From NCBI GenBank assembly GCA_010015585.1, contig ML975159.1: DNA of 64,000 bases. One strand, 5' to 3'. This DNA comes from Eremomyces bilateralis CBS 781.70. Its lineage: Eukaryota. Of the stretch, positions 24,341 through 37,500 are shown in pieces. Position 1 is the first letter of the stretch; each line of letters starts with the position of its first letter. Under the pieces are notes generated by a model, which saw only the letters and a list, made by a program, of their open reading frames with translations, did not search any database and had not been told where the DNA came from. The translations under genes and the position numbers were made by a program.

Positions 24341-26052
24341 ATGAAAGACAAAATGGCGACCCCCGAAAATCAAAGTCAAAGCCCGGTCAGAAAAACGAGG
24401 AGGCGTCATCAAAAGTCGCGAAATGGATGCATTGAGTGCAGGCGCCGAAGAGTCAAGGTGAGTCTCGGTCGCTATCATGAGTCCAGAAGTCCAGAGCTGA
24501 ATTTCTTCTTTAGTGCGATGAGATGAAACCATCGTGCACGCGATGTGTTTGGGCTCTCGACAAATGTATCTACCGGTCCCCGTTCCCCCAGCAATCTGCT
24601 GAAAAGCACGAAAAGGATCAACTATCCCTCCCGACATGGAGCTCGCTATGCAGCGTTGTCTCACCATCGCCAAGTGCTTCGTCACACTCGGAACGATCGC
24701 CATCGTTCGAGGCATCAGCGAGCTCAACTCCAGCATTTGTGGAAGCAAAAAACCGCGACTCCAATGTTGCGGATGGTCCTCAGGGGCTATCCGACACGGA
24801 CTTGTATCACCACTATCTGCAACATACGAGTCGTACCTTGACTCTTTGCCCAGGCGACGAAAATGCATTGCAAATTGGCATGCCAACGCTGGCATTGCAG
24901 AGCAAAACCGTCTTTCATTCCATTCTTGCCGTCTCTGCAGCCTGTCTGGGTTGGGATATGATCTCCAAAAAACCTCCTCCCGATATAAGTGTAGTCAGTC
25001 AAGCCTTGATGACTGGCTATCGGCACTACAGTTTGGCGAGCGAACAAATGAGAGAATCAATTTCATGCCCAGGGGACTTGAAGCCAGAACCTCTTTTAGC
25101 GAGTACCTTGATGCTCGTGCCGTTCGCTGCTGCAAGTCAGCAAATCAATCATTGGATCTCGAGCAAGAGTGGGACACCAGAGCCCCGTAGACTCCTCTCG
25201 ACAACCCCGAGGGATGTCATCATCATGATGCGAGGGATACGAACGACACTTCAAACTCTGGACAGTGGCAACCTAAGCCCAAATATCAGACTGTCTCTAG
25301 AGCCGGAGTTTACGACCGATAGTTCACCAATGGTGTCGGACGCAAATATCGGGCCAGCAGCTATCACCCCACCACGCACCCATGTAATGGTCCCAATAGT
25401 CGCTGCCACCAGCCATGGGGCTTTCTCCAAGCTTCAAACCCGCCTGGAGTCTGCTGTTCTTTACCACAGCGATGGTCCCGACGGTCCTTTATCCGCCTGC
25501 AGCGCCGCTTTCGAAATCCTAAAGGACATTAGAAACAATGCTTTCTCTACATCCAACTTACCACCATCCTCATCACCGAACAACCCGGTTGAGGACTCTT
25601 TTGAGCCAGAGACCGAGCCTGTGTCCCTATCGCAAGTGGCTCCATGGCTTCACTCCTTTGCAAGCCGATCCGCGATTCCGCTGCCAACGGAACCGCTGAC
25701 ACGGTACTTTCTCTCTTTCCTCATCCAGGCTCCCCAGGCATACCTCGACCTTGTCCTCCCCCTTCTTGACCAGCGGCTTGAAAGCCCTGTCGGCAATACA
25801 TCCGAAATAGCAGCGAAATTAACGAGTGTTCAAGCACTTGCACTCAACATTTACGCGCATTGGTCGGTCCTTATGTTTTTGGTGGAGGAGGAGTCATGGT
25901 GGATTGGGAATCTGCCGACTGTGACGCTGTCCGGCATGGTGAACAGGTATGGCGACGATTTTGTGACCACACTGTGGCCTGATCCTGGACAGGAGCAGTG
26001 GTGGCCAGGGAGTATGTTGAATATTTTACGAGAGATCAAACGGCATCGGTAG
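24341..26052 (+). CDS. Zn(II)2Cys6 fungal transcription factor (Upc2-like HxKSRxGC signature); 2 exons (intron 24458-24513)
   Basis: Spliced zinc cluster RRHQKSRNGCIECRRRRVK-CDEMKPSCTRCVWALDKCIY, followed by an LYHHYLQHTSRTL middle region. Start is at 24341 or 24353. Confidence 0.92.
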
Positions 26053-26953
26053 ACAACGGGACTTTCCATTTCTACGTAGGAAGTAGCAAAGAAGGTTCAT
26101 TCTGGATCGGCGCGATGGGTATTTACACCTCACGCTAACGAATAATAATTGTGATCTATTATTCTTTGAGCTTCTATGCATGTTCCATAGAGTAGCCAGA
26201 TTGGGCAGGTCATTAAGGAATAGACAAGCGTCAATGTAATGATGACTTTGCTGCATCAAATCTTCTCAACATCTCAACAATTTAGTGAGTCCCGTGCCTC
26301 GAATTCTATAAGGTACTGTCAGACCTTGCCCTGACATGGGTTTCTGAGATCTCCGGTTTCCGAGTCGGTCCAAGGCAACATTTTGGCTTTTTCGGTGGCA
26401 TTTCAACCAAACAGGATTGCAAGGGAAGAAACGTCACCAACCTTACTATACTCGAAGCAAACCCCCGCTGCAACCCCAGCTACCACGTGGAATTCTTGGC
26501 GCAATTTGGAGGCGTCTAGGTTATCAGCCCCTTGAGGCTTGAGATTGGGACCAGGGATTGGTTCATGGCCTGGTGATCTGGGTTTGCGAGAACACCGAAG
26601 CGGAGACCCCTGTTGAAGGAGTGCGAGGACTTGCCGATCGTTGGTTTAAGTCTATTAGGTATTGTGTTAATAGTCGACTAGGTTCAGTGAAGGATCAACA
26701 GAACCGCTGTACTGCCATTCCATCAGTCCTAAGTCCTACTCCTACATCTTCACACATCCCTCCACTCGCCTTCACTCCTCCACCTTGTAGTGGCGCGCCC
26801 ACCCCGACCGTTGAGCAGCACACGACTGAAATGGCATGAAATGACATGAAATTACATGCCGACGATCTAGCTTCTAGTTATTAGCTGACGGAAATATGCA
26901 TGGAGGCAATGGTGTGCCGCCAGTGCTTTCATAATAAAAGCCAAGGACACTAT

Positions 26954-27015
26954 CTGCACCATCCCAGTGATACTGCACCATCCCAGTGATACTGCACCTT
27001 CCCAGTAATACTGCA
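26954..27015. repeat. 19-bp minisatellite CTGCACCATCCCAGTGATA, about 3.3 copies
   Basis: Two identical units, a third with two substitutions, and a partial fourth. Confidence 0.9.
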
Positions 27016-27795
27016 GGTGATGGGGGGTCAACTGCCACAATCAGGTCCCATCTACCATCATTGGTAAGAGTTCATTCCGTACCATCCACTACGGGTGTTT
27101 AATACGGATGTGTATCAGGGGTGACTCGAGGGTATGGATCCAACCTGGATCATCTCTCTCCTCACCATACCAATGTAGACACGGCATGGATAGACAGCGG
27201 TCAGAGCCCTTAGATCCTCCCCAACGATAGGCCTCCCAGGTAGCTTGCAAGCTGAGGAATGGTTGTTACCAGTGTCGGGACACCCAGCGCAGCCTTGGGG
27301 CAGCCGGAACATCCCAGTTGCCCGGATCCTTTTGGTCCATTGATGTATTCATATTCCTTTGGATGTTGCCAGCATGAAGGAGTATTGCTCTTTCTGAGAG
27401 TCTGGACAAGGTCTATGGGTAGTTCACCCATAAGTTTCATTTTGCAGGGATTAAATCACTCCTGGCTGCCCTCTTCATCAAGTCACCCACATTATCTAGT
27501 GCTACACTTGGCGCCTTCGACATGGAACTGGTAGAAAAAGGGTTATTCCCTTTGAGACTTTGTCTTTACATTGGTTCTGTTTTCAGAATCAGTCATAAAC
27601 GCCTCTGATCCAACAAATCCTACATTGTTAGACTGATTGGACTGAATCATCGTATTATAGCCCAATAGCTTGTGCATTGGACAACCTCAAAGGTATCAGT
27701 CAACTCAGATATTTGAAAGTCTCTACAGCTAAAGCAGACGGATTACTGACTTGACTAGCCCCGACTCCCTATCAAGGACCCAAGACACGAGAGAC

Positions 27796-28235
27796 ATGGC
27801 TTCTACGTCCCGAGCTGCGCAAGCCCTTCGACTCCCGCTGAAAAGAGAGAATATCGCTATCCAAGAAATGGCCAACAACACGGTAAGCTAAGCACACATG
27901 CCAGAAGAATGGTTTCTAACACAATCTAGTCCGATCTTCGGTCATATATCGAGAACATTGCACGGAACGAAGGGGAACAAGCCTGGCGTCGAGCAAATTC
28001 CCATCAACTCGAACAGAAGAAACTCCTGTATCAGCCTAGCGCGGACTTGAAGCTATATCAAGCACCAAAGTCACTGAAGGCACTCCCGATGGAGCGGTTC
28101 ATGACCCCCAGCCTTGAGGACGCTCAGCCATGGTTGTCTCAGAACATGCTCCAGGAGGTTGGTGTGAAGAGCGGGTCGCAGCTTGACATCCAAAAGCGTG
28201 TCGAAGCAGTCAAGGAGATCCTTAAAGAACTCTAG
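27796..28235 (+). CDS. Two-exon orphan protein (~130 aa), mostly missed by the ORF track
   Basis: ATG 27796 and intron 27883-27929 (GTAAGC..CTAAC..CTAG) give an uninterrupted frame from MASTSRAAQALRLPLK to VEAVKEILKEL*. Confidence 0.65.
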
Positions 28236-30969
28236 TGGAAATTCGAATGGAATACACGGAGCCAGTGCTTAAGCCCGGAAGCCTGAGATGGACGGACAGG
28301 AAATAAAAGCTATTTTGACATTAGCGACGGACTGGAACGTTTTGGCATACATCGAGAAATGAGTTATGGCAACTTCAGACGTTCTTGCTAGTTGTCACGA
28401 CACGGTGATCTTTTCAGACTAGACATGAAATATGCGACAAGCTTTGACCGAGTTCATAACTCAATCACATCTTGATAGTTCTGGGCAATTTAATCCAACC
28501 GCAGATTACACTGAAATAGCTTATCTCACATTATCTGCCGAGTCGGATGGGACTTGAATCGCGCTTTTTGCAAGTACATATGCTGCTTTGCTGGACAAGG
28601 AGGAGTGAGGAGGGAGATCTAACCCTAGCTGGCATCATTTACCAGAAGTACGGTCCCCTCTTCGGAACAACCGATGGGGCGGCGCCCGATGATTTACATT
28701 ATTACCAGGGCTCGTTACACGCCATCGACAACGGTGAGAAACACATGAATCATGGGCATCGTGCCGTCAAGTCAAGTCGAGTCTCATGCGCGAATGTGGG
28801 GTGTAACTGTCCTTTGGGTCGACAGCCTCGCCCTCCCGGGACACGGGAGGCCCCGCCCCTGGAGTACCTACATACTCAATTTCGGCTCCAGATCCTGCTT
28901 GAAAATGGTGGCGCACTCCTTTGCAACGCTATAGCGCGTACTCCGTCATACATATTCAGAATGGCTAGGTGTGCCCATGACCGCTCCGTCTCTGCAAGGG
29001 CTTGCAGGTTACGTGGCCGATGTTGCCAGTTGGTCCTTGCGTGGTCCGAGTCCCAACGCTGCAAGGCTGGCATATGCATGAGTTCGGGTGGTTTTACTCC
29101 GTACGGTGGAAAGATGTCGGTCAGCTGAAATTTCATGCTTGAGGCGACATGTTCAGTTAGGAGAGGAGATCGGCAGAGGGCCACTTGAGGGATCGAGCGT
29201 TAGCTGTGCCGCGAGCGACAGTAGCGGGCTGTTTCGCCAAGTGATCAAGAATCAGCGATAGGTGCGAGGTCATAATAGTCCCAAGGCTTAGGCACATACC
29301 TTACCTACTCCGGAGTCCTGACTCCATAGGTGTATTCCCGGCCATACGTCTCCCGTTAGCCCGCAGCGCCCGGGCTAGTACTGAATAACATAGCGGCTAT
29401 TTTCCATAGTGGCTTATGATTAATGGTTAGGACTAGGGAGAAGCCCAGGATCAGGCACGGTTCTTGGCAGAACGAGCTAGGAGTTACCAATTGAACGGAC
29501 CCCGGAAGTCTCCCCTTGACGGTGACCTGTCGTTCGTGGGGATGAGGGGGGTAGGAATTTCCATTGCCTAGTCAGTTGTTAGCAGTTAGCATCCATCCGG
29601 AACTGTGTGCGAAACCAGGAACAGCTACCACAAATCCTATATACCTGCCGGGAGCCCGGGACCAAAATTGCTCGTGTAGCGTTCTACCATCCTCCAGTAG
29701 AGATGCATTCCATGAAATTGACCAATCAAACCCCAACATTGACCATCATTGCAAATAACCGGACTGAAATACGGAACTTCTGGGTTTGCGCTGAAGATCA
29801 AAGCATTGGTTGAGAGAATCGATGCCGAAGCAGACAGAAATATCCCTTGCCGAGTTTGTGGTCAAATCCACGACCCACCGTTACCAACCCAGAAATTAGG
29901 TCAGGGACGCCAAAATAAAAACGCGCCCCCACATCCCCCACACCCGATCAGTCTCCAGACCACCACAGCGGCACAACCCACTGGTCAAATTAGCGTGACC
30001 ATAGAGGCGGAGACCTCATGGGTTATTCAGTCATCCTCCGCTGTGCAGACACTTCCGCTAAGTCGCTAACCTTCAATTCGATACTCCGGCCTTACCACAT
30101 ATGGTAATTAGTAGCTTGACCTGCCCGAGTATTTGACACACCAACTGTGCAGGGGAAATTGCCTTTGCTGGGTTGGACGGCCCAAGCGGCAGGTCGCTAG
30201 AACCCACAATTTTTAACAATATAGTAGAGGGTTTCTGTCGCAATCATATGTGGTGGTTCTTAAAAGTCCCGCCTGGGGTGGTGGCTCTCAAAAATCCCGC
30301 CTGGAGTACCTTACAGTGACCGCATTCGCCGTGCTGTGGTCTATTATGGTGGCAGCGACGTCTGACTCGTACGCACCATGCCTTAAATGTTGCAATCACA
30401 TCTCCAATATGGCCATATCCCTGGTCGTATTCTTCCAGCTTTGGTATTCTTGTTAGAACCCTAGATTGTTCAACGGCTCAAAACTTGAAGTCTCCTAGCA
30501 TTCATCAGCCATCCTCGATGGACACCAAAATCCCCTTAGTAGAGTCCCATGGGCTTGAATCGCAACTCAACGAACAATGGATTGGCCTAATCTTGAGCTA
30601 TGGTCATTCGTTGAGAAATGTCCGGTTCGTGCAGCTACTATTTTAGTTGATGAACAGGGAGTAGACGTGCGTGGATTCGAAAATACAATGCCTTTCGTGA
30701 TGTAGCACACGTATTTAGAGTTCATCACAATCCACCCCTTGAAAAGCACGCCGACAAACTCCACGCGTTAGATCTGAGGGGCCAGAAGTACTGGAAAGGA
30801 GAATACCAGAGCCATAAAGGTGAGTATGGTTCAGAGAGAGCACGAATCCTCGGGGATTGTGAGGATAGATAATCACTCGTTGACTGATATACTGATAGCT
30901 AACGACTTGACGTCGAGAATTCTAGACTGTGTTGAAAAGCCGATATAACGCAGATTTTCCTAAAACATA

Positions 30970-31628
30970 ATGGTCGAAGAACAAGGGCTGGCGGGAGCCA
31001 AATTGAAGCTACATGACAATGAAACAACCAAGGTATTTTGAGGATCGAAAATGGATGGAAATTCGCCTTGCTTACAAAATAGTCTTGCTCAATAGGTGCC
31101 GTGGAGAACCTCATCCAGAAGGAGGCTGCCCGGGATTACTATCATACCCATCGCGAACTCAACTTCTCCCGGACAGATATCGGTGAAGAATCTATCGAGG
31201 ACGTCCACGACTCCTTACGCACAGTACGCACACACTATGAACCTGGAGAAAGCCTAGGGCTCCATCGAGTTCACGAGGTGCCTGGCGTTGACCCAATGCA
31301 TCATTTTCTGGTGGCGGGCAGAGACGACCCGCAACCCCTTCTCGCCAAGCAATGCCTTGAGGAGAGTGGTGTCGGTCATGGGATTATGGAAGACTCACGA
31401 AAACGTTCACTTGCCACGGCCGAGATATATGATGAGTACAAGAACAGACTGAAGAAGGGTCGAAAGCTCGAAAAAGCAACAGAGGGAAGAGTAACGAAAG
31501 CACCCCGAATTAGAAAGAAGGAAAGCGAGGCAGACAAGAGATACCATGATGAAGCTGAACAAGCTCAGAAACCTCAAGAGGAAGGATACGAAGAGCAAGG
31601 AAGTTGCTGGAAAGGACAGAACATTTGA
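30970..31628 (+). CDS. Orphan Lys/Glu-rich protein (~200 aa), or the surviving 3' part of a decaying gene
   Basis: Exon 30970-31032 plus intron 31033-31082 joins the 31101-31628 ORF in frame. An upstream spliced extension (intron 30820-30898) is broken by in-frame TAA at 30946 and 30961. Confidence 0.45.
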
Positions 31629-32901
31629 TCCATCAGAGTCCGCGTTCGTTCGACGCGATCTCCGAGACGCGTGGTATGTTAGAAACTAGCGTGGCGGAGC
31701 GCTATCCCTTTCGGTATTTTGTCGGGCTATAATGCGTCTTCCGATAGATGAAACCCAATCCATTGCGCTTTTGATGTGAAGTAGAGAACCAACAGAGCAA
31801 ATGATGAATGGAGTCACGTCGGGAGAGGTCTAGCCGTCTAGGCGTCATGAGAGACTCCTAAACTGACCTCCTATTAGAATACAACCGTGCATTCAAGGAC
31901 CTGCCCTTCGAGACTGCTCCGCTTATGGAAGCTGTACTAATATGGGCATTCCACATTAGTTAGATGTCGGTTGGGATTGGAAACGGGTGGGAAAGAGAAA
32001 TGAAGCGCATGACTCATGTTCGGATATTTCACGTGATACATTGGACATTCCACCTCACCCTGCTCCCCTCACCACGACGGATTTATTTTGGAAGACCATT
32101 GTGACGAGAATCTCTAACATCTTGAATATATGGCACGTTACTGCCAAATACAGGTACCTTATCTGCCAATTGGTAAAATTTGAATGGTATTCCCTTCTAG
32201 TATGGTCAGTAATTCCTGCTAAAGTGCTCTTCACTATTCTAAAGTGCAGGAAAACAGTCGAATCAGTCATCTCCAAAGTCAGCTAGTGATAGCTGGGACG
32301 AAATGTTCTTAGCTACTTTTGCAAAAAGTGATGAAGCTGATTTTCGAAGAAAACACGTTGGTTCGACTATGTTTCTCCAGAGAAGAGCTACGGTCAATCA
32401 TCATTTACTGAGACTTTGGTTTCCACCACAGCCTGGGATGATATGAAGCACGTCTCTGCGAGTATAGGGAAGTAGTAATCCGTTGATCACAAAAATTATC
32501 ATTCTTTGAAGTTTGAATATGGTACCTATGGTATTAATTACCTATAAAACCCCGATACAGGCATTGTGCTCTTCGAGTCTCCTTGACCTGCATGTGGGGA
32601 CGTTCACCGCTAGCTATCGCCATGGCGGCATGTGAAACATACCATTCACTCTATCAACGTGAATATCAGGTTCCCGGTGTGATGATGTTAGCCGGGAAAG
32701 TGATGATAGTGAATCATCCTATTCGCAAACATTAGTCTCAACTTGAGTAAGCTGTTACTTTCATTCCCACTCCGTCCTACCCTTCATCCAGACTTCATAA
32801 TTGGCCCTCTCACATTGGCGGTTTTGACCTTTATCTTTTGTTTAAAAAAAACATTGCAGGTGAAGCAACATATTAAGGCCTTTTCGCTCTTGATTGCTAA
32901 A

Positions 32902-34308
32902 ATGCCTATCCGGGTCGACCTACAAGATAAAGTGCAAGACCAAACGCGTTCTCCCCGGCCTCAGCCACCCAAACCATCGTCAATTCTCCGTCGACGCGAT
33001 GATCCAGCGGATGATCTCTTCTGCCCAGCACAGCGATATCAACCTCTAAAAAGGAAACGAGCCCGAGATGGCTATGGCAACATTGGAAGCGAAAAGAAAA
33101 GGAAGGCGGACATCATCCACCGCCCAGAATTCCAGGGCATCATCAGGAGTACCTTTGGAGATCTGTCGCCGACTCCAGTTGTCCCACACGGAGTACCATT
33201 CATCAGACTCATAGTTGGCGCATTTGAGAGGGGCATAAATCTGGCTTTGCGGCCGGACGATGTTTGGCTCGCAATTATGGCGCAAGTTGGGCGGATGCTC
33301 AAAGGAAGCTTGAATCTCAGAGGGAAGTATCTCACTGAGTGGGATGCAGATCGCTATATGATGATCACTTTCGACAAACGCTCTCACCACTCTAGCACCG
33401 ACAATCATATCAATGCAATGCTCAACGAAGAAGCCGACCTCTCCGATTATCGCCTCGTCGACGACAGCAGATACGATTCGAACTTCATAGACGGGATGCC
33501 GCTGCAAGGAAATAGCTCGGTATTCAATGCCAGCGTCAAGGACATTGAAAAAGAACTACATAAAGAAGTCGGCCTTAATATCGAGGATGAAGAGTTCAAA
33601 AAATGGGTCGCATTGGATTTCAGTACTTCCACCGACGCAGATCGAATTGCAGGGGAGGTCAGCCTCTTTGGAGCCGCCGGACCGCGTAACGCATTCCCGC
33701 TATCCGCGACGACCTCCTGCCCTCCGTCGATCCAACTCCTCGGAACCCTCAAGGACTGGGTCGAAATCCTGCGCCGCGTCAAGCAAATGCCACAAATGCA
33801 CTACAAATTCGGCGAATGGAATTCCTTGCTAGAGCCGATCATCTTCCGCATCGTCCATTCGCTCGAACGGCCGGAGTCCGAAAAATACAAGAATTTCTGG
33901 AAGGCGGCATATCACCCGATCGTCGATCGAAGCACTCGCACCGTCCGGCTCGTGTCGGGATGGATCACCGTGTTCAACTACTGGGACGAGGAAGGGAAAC
34001 GGGTGAATCATTTCTCGACCCCAAAGCTGCTAGCCGCACCGACTCTGTACAAGTTGCCCAAGGTGTATGACGTGCCGTGGGCGGATCGATCGATTCTGGC
34101 AGACGCCATGCCGAAGAAAGTGATCGGTATGCCGGTGGTAGTGGCACAGGATAATCCCGACGGTCTCCAACATTTCATAGTTGTGTCCGGATGCAGGGTC
34201 ACCCCACGAAAAGGAGTGGACGATGAATCGGTAGTCGGCAACACCGAATCTGGCTGGTGGTTGCTGAAAGTTTCGCTCAATCCTACCGATCGAAAGAGCG
34301 AATTCTAG
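32902..34308 (+). CDS. DUF4419-family protein (divergent)
   Basis: Family-type motifs FIRLIVGAF..LALRPDDVWLAIMAQ, DFSTST, PSIQLLGTLKDWVEI, W..LLEPII and SGWITVFNYWDEEG. Likely ATG at 32902. Confidence 0.78.
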   Translation: MPIRVDLQDKVQDQTRSPRPQPPKPSSILRRRDDPADDLFCPAQRYQPLKRKRARDGYGNIGSEKKRKADIIHRPEFQGIIRSTFGDLSPTPVVPHGVPFIRLIVGAFERGINLALRPDDVWLAIMAQVGRMLKGSLNLRGKYLTEWDADRYMMITFDKRSHHSSTDNHINAMLNEEADLSDYRLVDDSRYDSNFIDGMPLQGNSSVFNASVKDIEKELHKEVGLNIEDEEFKKWVALDFSTSTDADRIAGEVSLFGAAGPRNAFPLSATTSCPPSIQLLGTLKDWVEILRRVKQMPQMHYKFGEWNSLLEPIIFRIVHSLERPESEKYKNFWKAAYHPIVDRSTRTVRLVSGWITVFNYWDEEGKRVNHFSTPKLLAAPTLYKLPKVYDVPWADRSILADAMPKKVIGMPVVVAQDNPDGLQHFIVVSGCRVTPRKGVDDESVVGNTESGWWLLKVSLNPTDRKSEF

Positions 34309-34537
34309 AGAATTTTGGAAGTCTACCACAGGGTGTCCATGGCACCTGTTCGGGGAAAGAAGTTGGGTTTTGGGATTGTTGAGTCTCATTTCATGCCTGT
34401 ACGCCGTGTTTGAGCCTCTGCATGTGCCTTGCAACCAGATAGACTCGGAGATTGAAACGGTCTTGACCCTTCTATGCTTTTGATTTCCGCTACGCTATGT
34501 AAACTGCTCTTAAGCACCCAAATGCCTGGAACTGCCC

Positions 34538-37500
34538 TTAACGCCTTGGAGGAGGACCGCCTCTAACAGTCAGGTTCTGATTTTGCTGCATGAAAGTTAG
34601 CGTTATTCCAAGACATGAAAGACGCCTGGCACTTACGAAGAGCACTTTGAATCCATTCTTAAGAGCGCGCATGTCCGGGTACTGGTTTTTCTGCAGCTCG
34701 AACGCAACAGGGGTGACTTTTACTGGCCAACTGCAGATCTCGGCATTCTGCCCAGGTTTGAAGCTCAAGAAGAAGTACCCGGGGTATTTGGGGTTAATGC
34801 AGAAAGCGTAATTCGAACGCCTGGGATTGGCCTTGCTGTATGTGTTGAGCCACTCATCTAGCAAAAGCGTCAGTGTCCTGAATTTCTGGTCCTTTCGTTA
34901 AACGTACCTGTGGCGGCCTTGCTCCGCGCCTGGTATTTCTCGTCGTTTACCATCTCCTCCACCTTCTTTGCCATGGCATTCACATGATTGGCAATAAGAT
35001 CGTCCAAGTCACTGTACGTGTATTTGCCCACGACGAGCTTTTTGCCGACACTGAAATCATTATCTTTGGATAGCTCCACGACGTCAATGTGCTGATAGAT
35101 CGTGTCGCTGATTTTCCATGTAACGGCGAGATGATCGGTTCCAAGAGAACTGGGACGGATGACAACATCCCCGCGGCTTTGAGAACCAAGGTATTCTTCC
35201 GCTTGAGCCGAGTTGAAAGGCCGGAAGTTTGGGTGTTTAATGACCCGTTGAGCTCGTCCAGCCTTTTGCTCTTTTGCCTTCTTCTCATCAGATACGTCCT
35301 CGTTGTGTTGCACAAAGTCCCATTCACCAGGGTTGTGGTCGAGCTCTTTTCTATATCCCCTTTTGAGGGCACGCTCGTTCAAGCTGAGTGTTGCGTGCAA
35401 CTGCCGCTTGTTTAGGTGTAGGAGCTTAGCTTGAATGGTTTGATTCCGGGCAAAGACGTCTCTGGGGTCGAGGCCGCGCTCTCCGCCAACGCCATCTGGG
35501 AACTCGCCCTCTGAAATGGTGCCATCCATACCATTGTCAAGGCGAACCTCGATATGGTTGGAGAACACCTTCCAAATGCTCACGGAAATGATCATGTCCT
35601 CGATCAGTGACTCTTTTGTCTCGCCAGAAAGTATCGAGAAGATCTCCTCGTGCGTCAGGATGATCAATGGTTTCCGAAGTTCTTCGAAAGGTGCTTGCAA
35701 CTCCTCGCGGATGTTCTCCAAAGTCGCTCGTTTTCGTTGGTTGAACTTGGTCGCAAGCTGCTCAGCATACTCCTCCAGAACAAGATCATTGACCTTTTCT
35801 TGGGCTTCTTCTTTGATGAGCTTCCGGATCACAGCACCCGGACCGGATTCATCCACTTCAGCCTTGATATCTTCTTCATCCAGCTCGAGGGCATCGGCAG
35901 CCATTTTCTGGGCCAGGTAGTAGTCCTCGGGATGGACACGAGTATTGTCCAAGTAGTCGGAATCGGTTTCAGTAGAATCGTAGGTGATGTAGAGAAAACT
36001 GGCGCAATTCTTCCAGACTTGCGGTCCAACCGCCTGAATCAGTTTCTTGTCGGGATCGCCCAAAAGCTCGTCACGAGTGTGGACAACGCTGCCATTGATG
36101 TTAATGGCCTTGACCATCTGGGCAGCCTTTCTCGGGCCCAGACCGGAGATGTATGGGAGCAGGTTTGCGATACGAGAGTCGCTCATTGCCATGTTCGCTT
36201 CGACACCGACAAGGTTCACCAGATCGACCATGCTGCTCTCCAAGTACCGAAGTAGCTTGTCTTTGGGGAGTAAGTCTTGATTAGCTTCGAATGAGATCGA
36301 AGTGATGTGCTTTCCAAGAGCAGCGTATTCAAGCAGGGGGTTTTGCAGGTAGCGAGAAAGGCCAACGCAATACTTTGCGAGGGGTGCGAAGCCCGGATAG
36401 TCAGCTGTTGCTTGGTCGCTGGTATGGTATAGGCGTGCAGTCTCGTCGTTGACGATCATAACTTCGAGCCTGTCGGTCTTGAAGTTTCCATCTTCATCTT
36501 CAAACTCGGAGCTTCGAAGGTCTTGCCGATCGACAATATCCTGTACCTCTTTATACAGTTTTCGCGCCTCGACGGAGAAGCCGCCTACTCCGATGACGTC
36601 GGGTTGCCGTCTGTTAACGAGCTCAAGGAACCGCTCTACATCTTTTCCATCCGGGATGTCTTTCTCGGGATTCCCAGCCCGCAGATCGACGAACTTCCCG
36701 TGTTCTAGTACGCGACCGTCTTCGTCAACATAGGTCCAGACAATTGCATCTCTGCCGCCATGACCATTGGTAAGAGCCAGAACTCGCGGTTCCGTTCCTT
36801 TGACCATGCCTTTCGGCCGATAAGGTGCTTGGTCAAGCTTCGTATAGTACTTCTCGCGGATCGTACGTCCCAACTCATTCTCGCATTCTACCTTCAACGT
36901 CTCTTTGACTGATTTCGCGATATTTTGCTCGAGCTTTTGAAGGGCGAGATCGACAACATCGCGGCGCGCCTCGTTCCATGCATCTGCAACAGAACTCAAA
37001 CTATCGGATTCGATAAGTCGGTAGAGATTCTCGGAAAACCGCCTCTTGCTCTGCAAACTGATCTTGACTTCAACGAGTCCCTCCGCTTCGGCCTTGAGCA
37101 TGCGAAGATAGAGTTCAGGTCGACGGGCAATGGCGGTGAAGTCCTGGTTTCGGAGGTACTTGAATTCGAAATATCGATGGTCCTCCGTAATCTGTCGGGC
37201 ACCTCGCTCGGTTCGGAAACAATCAAGAATGCCTTCCTCATAGAAAGACTTGCGGACATACTTGCGCATTCGCGGAGACACGAAAATCTCTTCGGCAAAC
37301 ATCGCCTTTGCAGCTTTGAGAACTACCGATCCAGTAGGGAAATCAGGAGAATCCAAGAGGCCGTCAGCCATATCGTCCGGCCGGCTGGAAGCATCTTCGG
37401 TGTATTCTCTTTGGCCGGGATTCAGTGCACTTTTCGCAAGCTGGTCTGCAGAAAGTCCAAATGCTCGGACGAGTTGGTACACTCTTGATGCTCGAACCCT

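Noticed and set aside
28547..30069. ORFs of 100-190 aa in the gene-poor zone (also 17.2-19.4 kb)
   Set aside because: No domain motifs, Cys/Arg-rich random-like composition and no supporting intron structure.
31800..32415. Possible box C/D snoRNAs (RTGATGA..CTGA at ~31800-31866 and ~32328-32411)
   Set aside because: No convincing terminal stem and no rRNA-complementary guide that I can recognise. An Infernal or snoscan search would be needed.
14000..33000. Accessory zone as a Starship-type giant element or a secondary-metabolite cluster
   Set aside because: No tyrosine-recombinase captain, no PKS/NRPS/terpene backbone gene, and no identifiable boundary repeats.
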